In this document: positions 29,325-40,509 of the stretch, in pieces
Layout of the letters: the number at the start of each line of letters is the position of its first letter
Numbering within the stretch: position 1 is the stretch's first letter
Assembly: GCA_963674745.2 (NCBI GenBank)
Contig: CAXXDV010000001.1
Span: forward strand, 2,048,001-2,112,000
Length of the DNA stretch: 64,000 bases
From: Desulfosudaceae bacterium
Lineage (GTDB): Bacteria > Desulfobacterota > Desulfobacteria > Desulfobacterales > Desulfosudaceae
Direction: 5' to 3'
Position numbers and translations under genes: made by a program
The notes under the pieces: generated by a model
Told to the model about the DNA's origin: nothing
The model's database searches: none
The model's input: only the letters and a program-made list of their open reading frames with translations

Positions 29325-31457
29325 ATGAATGGAAAAAAAAATAATAAATTTGTTGAATTGTTTTTAGTCAGTTTTTTATTCCTGTTTCTCGAACTGGTTG
29401 TTATCCGCTGGCTTTCCGCAGAGGTTCCTATTTTTGCCTACTTTAAGAACTTTCCCCTGCTGGCCGCTTTTTTGGGGCTTGGGCTCGGTTGTGCCCTTGC
29501 GGACTATCGCCGGGACTTGGTCATTCTTGCGCCGTTTGCTTTTAGCCTGTTGTTTATAATTATTATTTTTGCGGAGCAATTAGAGCTGCACCAGATCGTA
29601 TTCCCGGAAAAATATATATTTGCCTGGGGCCGGACTTCCGAATCATGGAGTCCCGGTGAGGTCTGGCGTTCCATCCATCATCTGGCCGTAATTTTTTCTG
29701 TTTTTCTGCTGGTGATGTTCTCCTTTGCCTGTTTGGGGCAGCGGTTGGGGAAACTTATCAGAACCGGAGAGGCGCTCGTGGCATATAGTGTCGACATCGC
29801 CGGAAGCCTTACCGGAATCGTTCTCTTTTCCATCCTTTCTTTTCTGCAATTACCCCCCTTTGTGTGGTTGTCGACCGGTTATTTAATCCTCTTCATTTTG
29901 ATCAGAAAGTCTTTCCGGTTTTTGAGAATCCCTACGCTGATTTGTTTTTTGATTGTTATTCTTTTAGCGTCATTAATCGCTTCCGAGCGGCCGCTGCTGT
30001 GGTCGCCCTACTACAGAATCGAAATCAGTAATTTTATGGTCAAGAAGGCGGATCGGTATATACCGGCAGGGAAGCTTATTTCCGTTAACAGGGATATGCA
30101 CCAAACCCTTTATGACCTGTCTGATGAAATGGCAGAAGTCCTGCCCGATTTTGTTAACTCCAGAAGGCTCGAATACTATTTGCCATACATCATCAGCAGA
30201 AATTATGATTCCGTCCTGATTGTGGGGGCCGGGGCGGGTAATGATGCCGCTGCTGCCGTTAAATATAAGGCCCGGGTTATTGATGCGGTTGAGATCGATC
30301 CTGTGATCGCGGATTTAGGCAAGAGTTTGCATCCGGATAAACCGAATCTGGCGCCCAATGTTAATCTTATTATTGACGATGCCCGCTCATATTTCAAAAA
30401 GGCGAAGAAAAAATACGACTTGATTGTATTCAGTATTCTGGATTCGCATACGGCGCTTTCGTCTCTGTCTTCCCTGCGATTAGATAATTTCGTATATACC
30501 ACAGAGAGCATCAAGGAAGTATACTCATTGCTGAAGCCCAAAGGCCTCGTCGTTTTATCCTTTCACGAATGGGGGCATGAATGGATCGGGGAAAGATTGT
30601 TCAGGGTTTGTCAGGAGGCAATCGGAAAAGACATAATTGCTGCCAAGTATAGAGGGCGCATATACATAATTTTTGGCAAAAATACGAATTATGATTTGAT
30701 AAACCAGCGACTCGCATCCCTGAGGCTTGAAAGACCCACCGAAGTTTACAGTGAATCCAAAATAAAAGTAACCACGGATGACTGGCCCTTTCTGTACGCG
30801 CACCCAAACGGGCAACCGGTTGTTTATTATTTTGCGTTGCTTCTCATTGCTATTATCGCCCTTGTTCTTGTTCGTGTCGTCTCGAAGCCGGATTCCAGCG
30901 AGACACAAGTGAAATTTAAAATGGACTGGCAGATGTTTTTTCTGGGGGTCTCGTTTTTGCTGCTGGAAACAACAAGCTTGACCAGAACGGCTTTGCTGCT
31001 GGGGTCTACCTGGCTTGTCAACGCATTTGTATTTGCCGGTATCCTTATTATGATATTGTTGGCCAACCTGCTGGTCTTAAGGTTCCGGATTAATAAGTTG
31101 CTGATAAGTTATATTTTTCTGTGGGGCTCGCTGGTTTTTGTCTACTTGTTTCCGCTTGATGTGCTTAATCTCCTGTCCTTTGGTGCCAGAGGGGTCTTGG
31201 GTTCCATGATTGTCGCCTTACCGTTGCTCTTTGCCGGGATTGTATTTGCAATATCTTTTGCGCAAGTGAGAGATGCCAGCTTTGCGTTGGGATCAAATCT
31301 CCTGGGGGCGGTATTGGGCGGTATTCTGGAAGCGCTTTCACTGAGTGTTGGAATAAAAAACCTTCTTTTACTGGCGTTGGTTTCATACATTCTGTCCTAT
31401 TTGTTCATCAAGCTTAAACGCCCTCTTTTAGATAAAACAGATTTTGTTGAAAGCTGA
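29325..31457 (+). CDS. Membrane-bound spermidine synthase-like (class I SAM fold) protein
   Basis: TM blocks flanking VLIVGAGAGND, VEIDP, DDARSY, TDDWPFLY; AT-richer than neighbours. Confidence 0.8.
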   Translation: MNGKKNNKFVELFLVSFLFLFLELVVIRWLSAEVPIFAYFKNFPLLAAFLGLGLGCALADYRRDLVILAPFAFSLLFIIIIFAEQLELHQIVFPEKYIFAWGRTSESWSPGEVWRSIHHLAVIFSVFLLVMFSFACLGQRLGKLIRTGEALVAYSVDIAGSLTGIVLFSILSFLQLPPFVWLSTGYLILFILIRKSFRFLRIPTLICFLIVILLASLIASERPLLWSPYYRIEISNFMVKKADRYIPAGKLISVNRDMHQTLYDLSDEMAEVLPDFVNSRRLEYYLPYIISRNYDSVLIVGAGAGNDAAAAVKYKARVIDAVEIDPVIADLGKSLHPDKPNLAPNVNLIIDDARSYFKKAKKKYDLIVFSILDSHTALSSLSSLRLDNFVYTTESIKEVYSLLKPKGLVVLSFHEWGHEWIGERLFRVCQEAIGKDIIAAKYRGRIYIIFGKNTNYDLINQRLASLRLERPTEVYSESKIKVTTDDWPFLYAHPNGQPVVYYFALLLIAIIALVLVRVVSKPDSSETQVKFKMDWQMFFLGVSFLLLETTSLTRTALLLGSTWLVNAFVFAGILIMILLANLLVLRFRINKLLISYIFLWGSLVFVYLFPLDVLNLLSFGARGVLGSMIVALPLLFAGIVFAISFAQVRDASFALGSNLLGAVLGGILEALSLSVGIKNLLLLALVSYILSYLFIKLKRPLLDKTDFVES

Positions 31458-31480
31458 AAAATCCGGTCGCTCACATAGCC

Positions 31481-32906
31481 ATGCTGAATCCTGAATTAAA
31501 CAGAATCCCCGGCGATGTCCGTAAGGTTTACCTTATCGCGGCCTGCGGCACCGCCATGGCGGCCCTGGCCTGTATGTTAAAGGAGTTGGGATACCAGGTC
31601 ACGGGATCGGACCGGAATGTTTATCCGCCCATGAGCGACCTGCTGGCCGACCGGGGCATTGCCATTGCGGCCGGCTTCTCGGAAAACAATCTGGCCTATG
31701 GCCCGGATCTGGTGGTGGTGGGTAATGCCGTCACCCGGGACAATCCTGAAGCAAAAAAAAACAGCCGAATTGGAACTCCCCTATTGCTCCATGCCCCAGG
31801 CCGTCAACCATTTTGCGGCGGCGGGTAAAGAAATCCTGATGGTCTGCGGCACCCACGGAAAAACCACCACCTCGTCCATCCTGACCGGGATTCTTCATGC
31901 GGCCGGTCTTGACCCTTCATTTGTTATCGGCGGCGTGCTAAAGGATTTTGGCGGAAATTTCAGGCTGGGTAAGGGGCCGCATCTCGTCCTGGAAGGGGAT
32001 GAGTATGACACGGCTTTTTTTGACAAAGGGTCAAAATTTCTCCATTACCCGGCCAAAGCCACCATCCTGACCGGCGTGGAATTCGATCATGCCGATATTT
32101 TTGACGATCTGGCCGCTGTTAAACGGACGTTTGACCGGCTTCTGTCCGGCCTGGGACCCAACAGCACGGTTGTCGCTTTTGATGCCGATGCCAATGTTTC
32201 TGAACTGGTAAACAATCGGGCCTGCCGGATTATCCGCTATGGCGGTCATGAAGACTCCGAATGGCGACTGGGCCGGGTAACGGTCCGTCCCCCGCTGACG
32301 GAATTTGAAATCATTAAATCCGGTCGTGTGCTGGGCCTTTTTTCAACCCCGTTAATCGGTCGCCATAATCTCTATAATGCCCTGGCTGCCGTGGCCGTGG
32401 CCGACAGCGTCGGCGTATCAACCGATGCCATATCCCGCGGCCTGGCCGGTTTTGGCGGCGTAAAGCGGCGGCAGGAGGTGCGGGGCGTCAAAAACAACGT
32501 TATTGTAATGGATGATTTCGCCCATCACCCCACGGCTGTGGCCGAAACCCTGGCCGGTGTCAGAAGCGCCTATCCCGATGTCCGGCTGGTGGCGGTGTTT
32601 GAGCCCAGGACCAATACCAGTATGCGGGATGTTTTTCAGGCGGATTACGCCCGGGCCTTTGACGCAGCCGATATTATTTGTATCAGTCATCCCCCTCATC
32701 CAGAAAAGGCGCCGGAAGGACATCGTTTTTCTTCTGAACAACTGGCGGCCGATCTTACCGGCCGGGGAAAAAACGCCTTTTGTTTCAAAAATGCGGACAA
32801 GATCGTAGCCTTTCTCGCTTCCGAAGCCCGGCCCGGTGACCTGATTCTGGTCATGTCCAACGGCGGGTTTGACAATATCCACCACAAGCTGTTGACCATG
32901 TTGTAA
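31481..32906 (+). CDS. mpl: Murein peptide ligase Mpl (MurC-like), frameshifted at A9 run 31753-31761
   Basis: CGTAMAALA, GSD.NVYPPMS, GTHGKTTT, EGDEYDTAFFDK, DDFAHHPT, SNGGF; removing one A joins the two ORFs. Confidence 0.88.
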
Positions 32907-33226
32907 GTCCAGGGGTTTCGACCGTTGGCCTGTCTGGCGAAGGCTTTGGCTTTAAGGGGCCAAGGATCCCAGGGGCCGAGGGCTCAAGGGCTTGTTGTTG
33001 TAGTTCACTTGACCCCTATACCCCTGGAATCCTTGGGTCCTTCGTTTGTCACAACTGGTCGGAAGATGAACCGGAAGTATAAAAATGCGCATCCTGTTCA
33101 GGCGCCCTTGTGTTTTATGGCAGAATCAAATATTGTTACCCCCGTGAAAAAATGTCGTATTGAAACACAATTTTACAATACGGAAATTATTGTTTCTTAG
33201 TGTAGGCGTAAAAAAAACATAATTTG

Positions 33227-33350
33227 GATGGCAAAGTAAAAAGTTCAAGATCAAGACGCGCAAATCCTGAGGGATACAGCGTACATAGAAGTACGTGAAA
33301 TCCCGAAGGATGAAGCGCAACGCAGATATTGGACTTTTTAAGAAGCCATC
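33227..33350. repeat. ~124-bp palindromic intergenic repeat, copy 1
   Basis: GATGGC..GTAAAAAGTTCAA...GCGCAAATCCTGAG...GTACGTGAAAT..CGAAGGATG.AGCGCAACGC...CTTTTTA..GCCATC; homologous to 43393-43515. Confidence 0.8.
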
Positions 33351-33354
33351 TTAG

Positions 33355-34614
33355 TTGGAGAAATGGAACGTGAACATTAATGACAGGCCGCTTCGCGTCT
33401 GCCTGTTGAGTTATCGCAGCAATCCCCATTGCGGCGGGCAGGGGGTGTATGTCAGGAATTTGAGTTCCGGGCTGTCCCGCCTGGGTCACCGTGTGGAGGT
33501 CGTGTCCGGGCCGCCGGATCCGCAGTTGAAAGACGGGGTAAAGCTGACCCATCTGCCGACCCTGGATCTGTACAATCCGGAAAACCCCTTCCGCATGCCG
33601 TCCTTAAGAGAGCTGTCGGAGCCGATCAATTTCATGGAATGGCTCGGCGTGTCCACCATGGGCTTCCCCGAGATGTTCACCTTCGGCTTACGGGCCTACA
33701 ACTTTCTCAAAAAAAATCACCATCGTTTTGATATTGTTCATGATAATCAGAGCCTTTCCTACGGTGTCTGGGCCATTAAACGGAAAATGCCGACGGTCAT
33801 TACGATTCATCATCCCATTACCCGGGACAGGGAAATCGCCATCAAAAGCACCCGTTCTTCACTGACCCGGCTGAAGCATATGCGCTGGTACTCGTTTATC
33901 GGTATGCAGAAAAGGGTCTCCCGCACCTTTCCCCGGATTTTAACGGTTTCCGAATGCTCCCGGGCGGATATCTGCCGGGATTTTGATATCCCCCGACACC
34001 GCTTTGCCGTGGTGCCCAACGGCATCAATACCGAGCTGTTTTATCCCATCCCGGAGATCGAGCGGGAGCCCGACCGCATTATCGTGACCAATAGTGCCGA
34101 CACCCCGTTAAAGGGCCTTTATTACCTGTTGCGGGCCGTGGCACTGATTGCCGCCGAGCGGAGCGTCAAGATGACCGTGATCGGAACGCCCAAGGAAAAC
34201 GGTGGTGTTGTCCGGCTTGTGAAAAAACTGGGTATCGGCCCGCTGGTCAATTTCACAGGCCGTGTCAGCAATGAGGATTTTGTCAGGCATTACGCCCGTT
34301 CGACGGTGGCGGTGGTGCCCTCCGAATACGAGGGCTTCGGCCTGCCGGCCGGAGAGGCCATGGCCTGCGGGATTCCCGTGATCAGCACTTCCGGCGGGGC
34401 TTTGCCGGAAGTGGTGGGAGACGCCGGGATCATCGTTCCGCCCAAAGACGCGGACGCGCTGGCCAGGGCGATTGTGCGGGTGCTTGACAACCCGGCGCTG
34501 GCCAAAGAATTGGGACAAAAAGGGTATAAACGCGTACATCAGCTGTTTACCTGGGAAAATGCCGCCCGGGAAACAGTGAAGTTATATCGGGAGGTTATTG
34601 ATGGTTACCGCTGA
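33355..34614 (+). CDS. Glycosyltransferase family 4
   Basis: LLSYRSNPHCGGQGVYV, PSEYEGFGLPAGEAMACG. Confidence 0.92.
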   Translation: MEKWNVNINDRPLRVCLLSYRSNPHCGGQGVYVRNLSSGLSRLGHRVEVVSGPPDPQLKDGVKLTHLPTLDLYNPENPFRMPSLRELSEPINFMEWLGVSTMGFPEMFTFGLRAYNFLKKNHHRFDIVHDNQSLSYGVWAIKRKMPTVITIHHPITRDREIAIKSTRSSLTRLKHMRWYSFIGMQKRVSRTFPRILTVSECSRADICRDFDIPRHRFAVVPNGINTELFYPIPEIEREPDRIIVTNSADTPLKGLYYLLRAVALIAAERSVKMTVIGTPKENGGVVRLVKKLGIGPLVNFTGRVSNEDFVRHYARSTVAVVPSEYEGFGLPAGEAMACGIPVISTSGGALPEVVGDAGIIVPPKDADALARAIVRVLDNPALAKELGQKGYKRVHQLFTWENAARETVKLYREVIDGYR

Positions 34615-35317
34615 TTTCAGCCGACTGAAGATAGGGCCCGGATCCGTCATTCTGGATATCGGCTGCGGCGAAGGCCGCCATGTCTGCGCCGGGTATCAAC
34701 AAAAAGGCGTTACCGTGGTGGGCGCGGATCTGTGTTTTGATTCCTTAAAAGGCGCCAAGGGGAGACTGGAGTTCCATGACCAGCTCGGCGAACACGGGGG
34801 CGGTGCTTGGGGCCTGCTGCAGACGGATATTACCCGTCTGCCGTTTGCCGACGGTACCTTTGATCTGGTCATTTGTTCCGAGGTGTTGGAACATATCCCG
34901 GAAGACAGTGCCGCCATGCGGGAAATCATCCGGGTGGTCAAGCCGGGCAGCGACCTGGTGGTCAGTGTGCCCCGCTATTATCCCGAGCGGATCTGCTGGG
35001 CCCTGTCCGATGAGTATTTCAACGTCAACCAGGGTCATGTCCGGATTTACCGGCAAGACCAGTTGATAGGCCGCCTGGAAAAAATGGGCGTCAGGCAGTA
35101 TGCCCGGCATTTCGCCCATAGCCTGCATTCACCCTACTGGTGGATGAAATGTCTGTTCGGTCCGACCCGGACTGATTGCGTTCCGGTCAACTTGTATCAC
35201 CGGTTTCTGACCTGGGATATCATGAAAAAGCCGAAACTCACCAGGGCTGCCAGCCGTTTGCTGAATCCGGTCCTGGGCAAAAGCCTGGTGCTTTATTTTA
35301 AGAAACAGGCAGCGTAA
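34598..35317 (+). CDS. Class I SAM-dependent methyltransferase
   Basis: ILDIGCGEGRH, FDLVICSEVLEH, HSLHSPYWWMKC. Confidence 0.9.
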   Translation: MMVTADFSRLKIGPGSVILDIGCGEGRHVCAGYQQKGVTVVGADLCFDSLKGAKGRLEFHDQLGEHGGGAWGLLQTDITRLPFADGTFDLVICSEVLEHIPEDSAAMREIIRVVKPGSDLVVSVPRYYPERICWALSDEYFNVNQGHVRIYRQDQLIGRLEKMGVRQYARHFAHSLHSPYWWMKCLFGPTRTDCVPVNLYHRFLTWDIMKKPKLTRAASRLLNPVLGKSLVLYFKKQAA

Positions 35318-35340
35318 AAATCGCGCAGGCCGCGAATGCT

Positions 35341-35455
35341 GTAGGGGCAGGCCCCCGTGCCTGCCCGATAAAAGGGCACCCACAGGGGGGTGCCCCTACA
35401 GAGAGGTAGACGGCGCAGGCCCGGGGGTTGTAGGGGCAGGCCCCTGTGCCTGCCC
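35341..35455. repeat. Cluster of three GTAG-type REPs (direct, inverted, direct; BIME-like)
   Basis: 35341-35366, inverted 35374-35399, 35430-35455; further single copies at 6502, 37234 and 47742. Confidence 0.8.
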
Positions 35456-35521
35456 GATTTGATAAAAGCGCAGGTTAATCGGAAAAAATCATAAAAACCC
35501 CGGTTATAGGAGGTGCCGATT

Positions 35522-36970
35522 ATGATGATGACGGCGGAAGCATATGAAGAGAGTCTTCGCAAGCTGAATCTTAACGTTTACCTGTTCGGGAAAAAACTGG
35601 ATAATGTGGTGGATAACCCGATTATCCGGCCCTCCATGAACGCGGTTGCCAAAACCTATGAACTGGCTCATTTGCCGGAGCATGAAGATCTGATGACCGC
35701 CACGTCCCATCTGACCGGCCGGACCATTAACCGCTTTACTCATATTCATCAGAGCACCGCCGACCTGGTTAAAAAGACCCGCATGGGCCGCCTGCTGGGC
35801 GGGGCCACGGGCTGCTGTTTTCAGCGTTGCGTGGGCATGGATGCCTTAAATGCGCTGTCCATCGTTACCTATGATATCGATGCCGAACACGGCACCGAAT
35901 ACCACCGGCGGTTTAACCGGTACCTGGAATATGTTCAGGAGAACGACCTGACCTGCGACGGTGCCATGACCGATCCCAAGGGCGACCGTTCCCTGCCGCC
36001 GCACAAACAGGCCGACCCGGACATGTACATGCGGGTGGTACAGGTCAAGGACGACGGGATCGTTGTCCGCGGCGCCAAGGCCCATCAGACCGGGGCCGTA
36101 AACTCCCACGAAATTATCATTATGCCGACCATTGCCATGCGCGAGGCGGACAGGGATTACGCGATTTCGTTCGCCCTGCCCAGTGACGCCGAAGGCATCA
36201 CCTACATCATGGGCCGGCAGTCGTGTGACACCCGGAAGCTGGAAAAAGGGGTCATTGATCGGGGCAATTTTATTTTTGGCGGCCACGAAGCGCTGGTGGT
36301 GTTCGAGGACGTGTTCGTGCCCCATGAGCGGATCTTCATGCTCAGGGAGTATGCGTTCGCCGGCCGGCTGGTGGAGCAGTTCGCCGCCTATCATCGCCAG
36401 AGTTACGCCTGCAAGGTGGGGGTGGGCGATGTGCTCATCGGCGCGTCCCAACTGGCTGCCGAATATAACGGCGCGGACCGGGCCTCCCACATTAAAGATA
36501 AAATCGTGGAGATGAATCACCTGAACGAGACCCTGTTCTGCGGTTCGATCTCCTGTGCCGCTGCCGGCCATGCCGAGCCCAGCGGGACCTATGCCGTCAA
36601 TACGTTGCTGGCCAATGTGTTCAAGCAGAACGTGACCCGGTTCCCATATGAAATTGCGCGACTGGCTCAGGACATTGCCGGCGGGCTGATGGTCACCCTG
36701 CCGTCGGAAGACGATTTCAACGCGCCGGCTGTGGGTGACATGCTGAAAAAATACTTCAAGGGCCGGGATGACATACCGGTCGGACACCGGCAGCGGATCC
36801 TGCGATTGATCGAAAACCTGACCCTGGGAACTGCGGCCGTGGGCTATCTGACCGAGTCCATGCACGGTGCCGGATCGCCTCAGGCACAACGCATCATGAT
36901 TTCCCGGCTGGTCAATATGGATGAAAAGAAGAAAAAAGCCGGCAAACTGTGCGGCATTGATGATGAATAA
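35522..36970 (+). CDS. abfD: 4-hydroxybutyryl-CoA dehydratase (4-HPA 3-hydroxylase family)
   Basis: CCFQRCVGMDA, AMTDPKGDR, RGAKAHQTG, YHRQSY.CK, ESMHGAGSPQAQ. Confidence 0.85.
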   Translation: MMMTAEAYEESLRKLNLNVYLFGKKLDNVVDNPIIRPSMNAVAKTYELAHLPEHEDLMTATSHLTGRTINRFTHIHQSTADLVKKTRMGRLLGGATGCCFQRCVGMDALNALSIVTYDIDAEHGTEYHRRFNRYLEYVQENDLTCDGAMTDPKGDRSLPPHKQADPDMYMRVVQVKDDGIVVRGAKAHQTGAVNSHEIIIMPTIAMREADRDYAISFALPSDAEGITYIMGRQSCDTRKLEKGVIDRGNFIFGGHEALVVFEDVFVPHERIFMLREYAFAGRLVEQFAAYHRQSYACKVGVGDVLIGASQLAAEYNGADRASHIKDKIVEMNHLNETLFCGSISCAAAGHAEPSGTYAVNTLLANVFKQNVTRFPYEIARLAQDIAGGLMVTLPSEDDFNAPAVGDMLKKYFKGRDDIPVGHRQRILRLIENLTLGTAAVGYLTESMHGAGSPQAQRIMISRLVNMDEKKKKAGKLCGIDDE

Positions 36971-37237
36971 ATGACCGCTGACATGAAAACAGCGCGAATC
37001 AAATTCTGCGGAGGATGCAACCCCGAATATGACCGTGTGGCCGCAGCCGGACGTATCCGGCGGCATCTGGAGGCGGCCGGATACAGGGTCGAAACCGGCA
37101 GCGGAAAAGGCGACCTGGCGGTTGTTGTTTGCGGGTGCGCCTGCGCCTGTGCCGATGTGAGCGGGCTGAAGTGTGACCGAATGATTACGGTGACGGGAGA
37201 GGAAGAAGAGGCGAAATCATATCTCTACAGCGTGTAG
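36971..37237 (+). CDS. Small Cys-rich conserved hypothetical protein
   Basis: KFCGGCNPEYDR...VVCGCACAC; abuts the dehydratase gene. Confidence 0.7.
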   Translation: MTADMKTARIKFCGGCNPEYDRVAAAGRIRRHLEAAGYRVETGSGKGDLAVVVCGCACACADVSGLKCDRMITVTGEEEEAKSYLYSV

Positions 37238-37354
37238 GGGCGACCGGCGGGTCGCCCTCCGGCGGTGGCACCGGTTAAAGAGATAGCCGCTTGTCCGGAA
37301 TGACGGGTTGTTGGGAAAATATCTATATGACGTTAGGTGTTTTGAGGAAATTTC

Positions 37355-38086
37355 ATGGGATTTCAGCTGACCCGCAGGATCGATTATTTCCAGTCGGCCA
37401 CGGATGGTCATATCAAGCTGGATTCGCTGATGAAAATTCTGCAGAATGCGGCCCTTGAGCATGTCCATGAAGCGGATCGCGATTCCCGGGTGCTCATTTC
37501 CGAAGGGTTCGCCTGGATCCTCAACAAGGTCGCCCTGACCATTTTCAGGCATCCCTTTTACGGGGAAACCCTGACGGTCGATACCTGGCACCGGGGAACG
37601 AAAGGTTTCAAGTCTTACCGTGAGTATGAAATCCGGTCGGGCACGGAAAAGGTCGCCGCGGCCGCAAGCTCCTGGCTTTATCTTGACCTTGACCGGCGGC
37701 GGGTGATCAAAGTGCCGGTGGAGACAGATGCCCTTTACGGGGTCAGGCCGGACTTCGCCCTTGACTTTGATATCGAACAGTGGCGGCCGGACAAAAAGCT
37801 TGAGCCGGCCTTTATCATGGCTATCACCACCCGTCATTCGGATTACGATATGCTGGGGCATGTCAACAACGCCGCTTATTTCGATTACCTGGACACGCTG
37901 CTTCATCAGTCGAACAACGGTCTGGCCGGGGTAAAAGGTATCGCCATCCAGTATAACCGGGAAATCGGTGCCGATGTCCGGCGGATCCAGGCGGGTGTGT
38001 CCGGCAACGAAACCGGCGGCAAATCTTTTATTATTTATGATGAAAAACAGGTATACGCCTGCGGGGATATCTCGTTTGCGGGTTGA
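37355..38086 (+). CDS. Acyl-ACP thioesterase family
   Basis: Double hotdog fold; DYDMLGHVNNAAY. Confidence 0.88.
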   Translation: MGFQLTRRIDYFQSATDGHIKLDSLMKILQNAALEHVHEADRDSRVLISEGFAWILNKVALTIFRHPFYGETLTVDTWHRGTKGFKSYREYEIRSGTEKVAAAASSWLYLDLDRRRVIKVPVETDALYGVRPDFALDFDIEQWRPDKKLEPAFIMAITTRHSDYDMLGHVNNAAYFDYLDTLLHQSNNGLAGVKGIAIQYNREIGADVRRIQAGVSGNETGGKSFIIYDEKQVYACGDISFAG

Positions 38087-38136
38087 ACCCTCGACCCCTT
38101 GGCCCCTTGAACCCTTATTAAGGTTAGGAACTGAAA

Positions 38137-38949
38137 ATGGAGGATAAAATGCCCCAGACCATTATGAACGACATTCGCGCTTATCTGGACAAAAAAGACA
38201 TTCCCGTTCACGGTGTGGCCGACGCGGTTGAGCTGAACCGCATCGCGCCGGCGGGTTTTCGCCCGGAGGATATGCTGCCCGGTGCCCGTTCGGTGTTGAT
38301 CGTGGCCAAGCCTTTGCCTTTGTCGGTTTTCCAGACACCCAAAAACCATAAAATATATTCGTTCTACACCAGTTCATTTCATACTTACTACCAGGCCACC
38401 AACGAGGCGGTGAACAGCCTCTGCCTGATGATCGAAGACGCGGGATACGCGGCCCTGCCCATACCGTCCTACAGTCCCTTGAAATTTCATGATGGTGAGC
38501 CCCGTGGCCTGGTCAGCCTGAAACATATGGCCGTGGCTGCCGGCCTGGGGAAAATGGGCAAGAACACCCTTCTGATTCATCCCGAAGAAGGCAACATCCT
38601 ACGTCTGGGCGGGTTGATGACGACATTGGAACTGCCGGCCGACGGTCCCGGCGAGTTTCCCAAACTGTGCCCGGCGGGTTGTCATAAATGCCTGGATGCC
38701 TGCCCGGTAGGGGCCTTGTCGGAGAACGGCATCAATAAAATGCAGTGCATGGGAAACTGCATTGACCATCTGTTGATGCCGCCGCGATGGGCTTTATCCA
38801 TGATTCGCTGGCCGGTGGGTAAAAGCCGAATGCTGACCAATCTCATGGACCTGTTTGCGTTGAGTTTTTTTGAAAGCTACGGTGTGTCCTGCTTTGCCTG
38901 TCTCAAGGCCTGTCCCCATTTCCCGGGCAATCGGAAAGCAGCCGGCTGA
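38137..38949 (+). CDS. QueG-like Fe-S (epoxyqueuosine reductase family) protein
   Basis: SLKHMAVAAGLG.MGKNTLL, CxxCxxxCP and C-terminal CxxCxxxCP. Confidence 0.75.
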   Translation: MEDKMPQTIMNDIRAYLDKKDIPVHGVADAVELNRIAPAGFRPEDMLPGARSVLIVAKPLPLSVFQTPKNHKIYSFYTSSFHTYYQATNEAVNSLCLMIEDAGYAALPIPSYSPLKFHDGEPRGLVSLKHMAVAAGLGKMGKNTLLIHPEEGNILRLGGLMTTLELPADGPGEFPKLCPAGCHKCLDACPVGALSENGINKMQCMGNCIDHLLMPPRWALSMIRWPVGKSRMLTNLMDLFALSFFESYGVSCFACLKACPHFPGNRKAAG

Positions 38950-38979
38950 CCGGCGGATAACTTTTTACTGCTTAAAACC

Positions 38980-40509
38980 ATGTCAAAAAGAGAACGGTTT
39001 GTTTTTTTGTTTTTTTTTGTTTCCCTGCTGATAATCGGCATGGTTGTGGCTGATGATTACGGTGTGCCCTGGGATGAATACAGGCAACGGGCCACTGGCT
39101 TTTTCGCGTACAACTACCTGGTGAATGATGATGACGCCCTGTTTGATTATCAGGATAGATGCTATGGGACGGCTTTTGAGCTTCCCCTGGTTATGCTGGA
39201 AAAGGTTCTGGATCTGCAGACCACCCACACAATTTTTATCATGCGGCATTATGTCGTTTTTCTTTGTTTTTATTTTTCCTGCATGGCTTTTTATTTTCTA
39301 ACCAGAAAACTGTTCGGAAGCTGGCAGCTGTCCCTGGTGGCAGTCGGACTGCTGGTCGTCAGTCCGAGAATTTTCGCTCATGCGTTTTATAACTCCAAAG
39401 ACCTCGTTTTCATGTCCGTGTTTATCATTTCCTTTTATACCCTGACGGTTTTTATGGAGAGACAGACGTTTTTAAGCTGTTTGTTCCATGCCGCATCGTC
39501 GGCCTTTCTTATCGATATAAGGGTCGTTGGTCTGATGATTCCGTTTTTTACGGTTTTCTGGATAATTGTTCGATGTTTTCGGGACAGGATGATGATTGCA
39601 CTTTTGAAAAAAGGGCTGTTATATTTAGCCCTTTTAACCGGTTTAGTCATTTTATTCTGGCCTTATCTGTGGCGAAACCCTATGTCCAACTTCGTGGACG
39701 CGTTTATCACCATGAGCCATTATCCCTGGATGGATTTTATGCTTTACGGCGGGGAGTATATCAGATCCGATCGTCTCCCCTGGCACTACCTGCCGGTCTG
39801 GATATTGATTACCATTCCCCCGGCCTACTCATTGTTTTTTTTCGTGGGCGCGAGCGTCATTCTCTTCAGTTTTATTAAAAGCCCCAAAGGGTTCCTGTTG
39901 GAAACGACCGGCCTCTTTCTGGTTATGGCCTGGTTCTTCTGCCCTGTTATTCTTGTGATTGTCTTGAAATCCACCATCTACGACGAGTGGCGGCAACTAT
40001 ATTTTATTTATCCGGCATTTGTTCTCTTAAGCGCCGCCGGTATAAAAATGGTCTGGGAGTTGCCCGGGGGCTTTCGTCATATGTTAAAAACGGCGGCGTT
40101 TTTATGCCTGGCCGCAAACATGGTGGTGGCTTTGCATTTTATGGTCAGGTTCCACCCCCATGGCAATGTCTATTTCAATGTGCTGGCCGGTACGGATTAT
40201 AAACAGGTTAAGAATCGTTTTGAAATGGATTACTGGGGACTGGCTTATCGGCAGGCCCTGGAAAAGATTCTGGAGGTTGATAATAGAAAAAAGATCCTGG
40301 TTTTTTCCGTTAATTGTCCCGGTGTGTATAATTCACTGATTCTTCCGGAAAAAGAAAAGCGCCGGATTTGGTTTACAAATGATATGGATAAAGCGGATTA
40401 TTTTATCACCAACTACAGGCTGCACAGTAAACCTTATGAGTTGGAGAAAGAAATGTTCTCGGTCTACGTTAAGGGGGTGAAGATCGCATCGGTTTTCAGG
40501 TCGTTCTAA
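38980..40509 (+). CDS. ArnT/PMT-like (GT39) membrane glycosyltransferase
   Basis: DYGVPWDE, SPRIFAHAFYNSKD, many TM segments. Confidence 0.7.
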   Translation: MSKRERFVFLFFFVSLLIIGMVVADDYGVPWDEYRQRATGFFAYNYLVNDDDALFDYQDRCYGTAFELPLVMLEKVLDLQTTHTIFIMRHYVVFLCFYFSCMAFYFLTRKLFGSWQLSLVAVGLLVVSPRIFAHAFYNSKDLVFMSVFIISFYTLTVFMERQTFLSCLFHAASSAFLIDIRVVGLMIPFFTVFWIIVRCFRDRMMIALLKKGLLYLALLTGLVILFWPYLWRNPMSNFVDAFITMSHYPWMDFMLYGGEYIRSDRLPWHYLPVWILITIPPAYSLFFFVGASVILFSFIKSPKGFLLETTGLFLVMAWFFCPVILVIVLKSTIYDEWRQLYFIYPAFVLLSAAGIKMVWELPGGFRHMLKTAAFLCLAANMVVALHFMVRFHPHGNVYFNVLAGTDYKQVKNRFEMDYWGLAYRQALEKILEVDNRKKILVFSVNCPGVYNSLILPEKEKRRIWFTNDMDKADYFITNYRLHSKPYELEKEMFSVYVKGVKIASVFRSF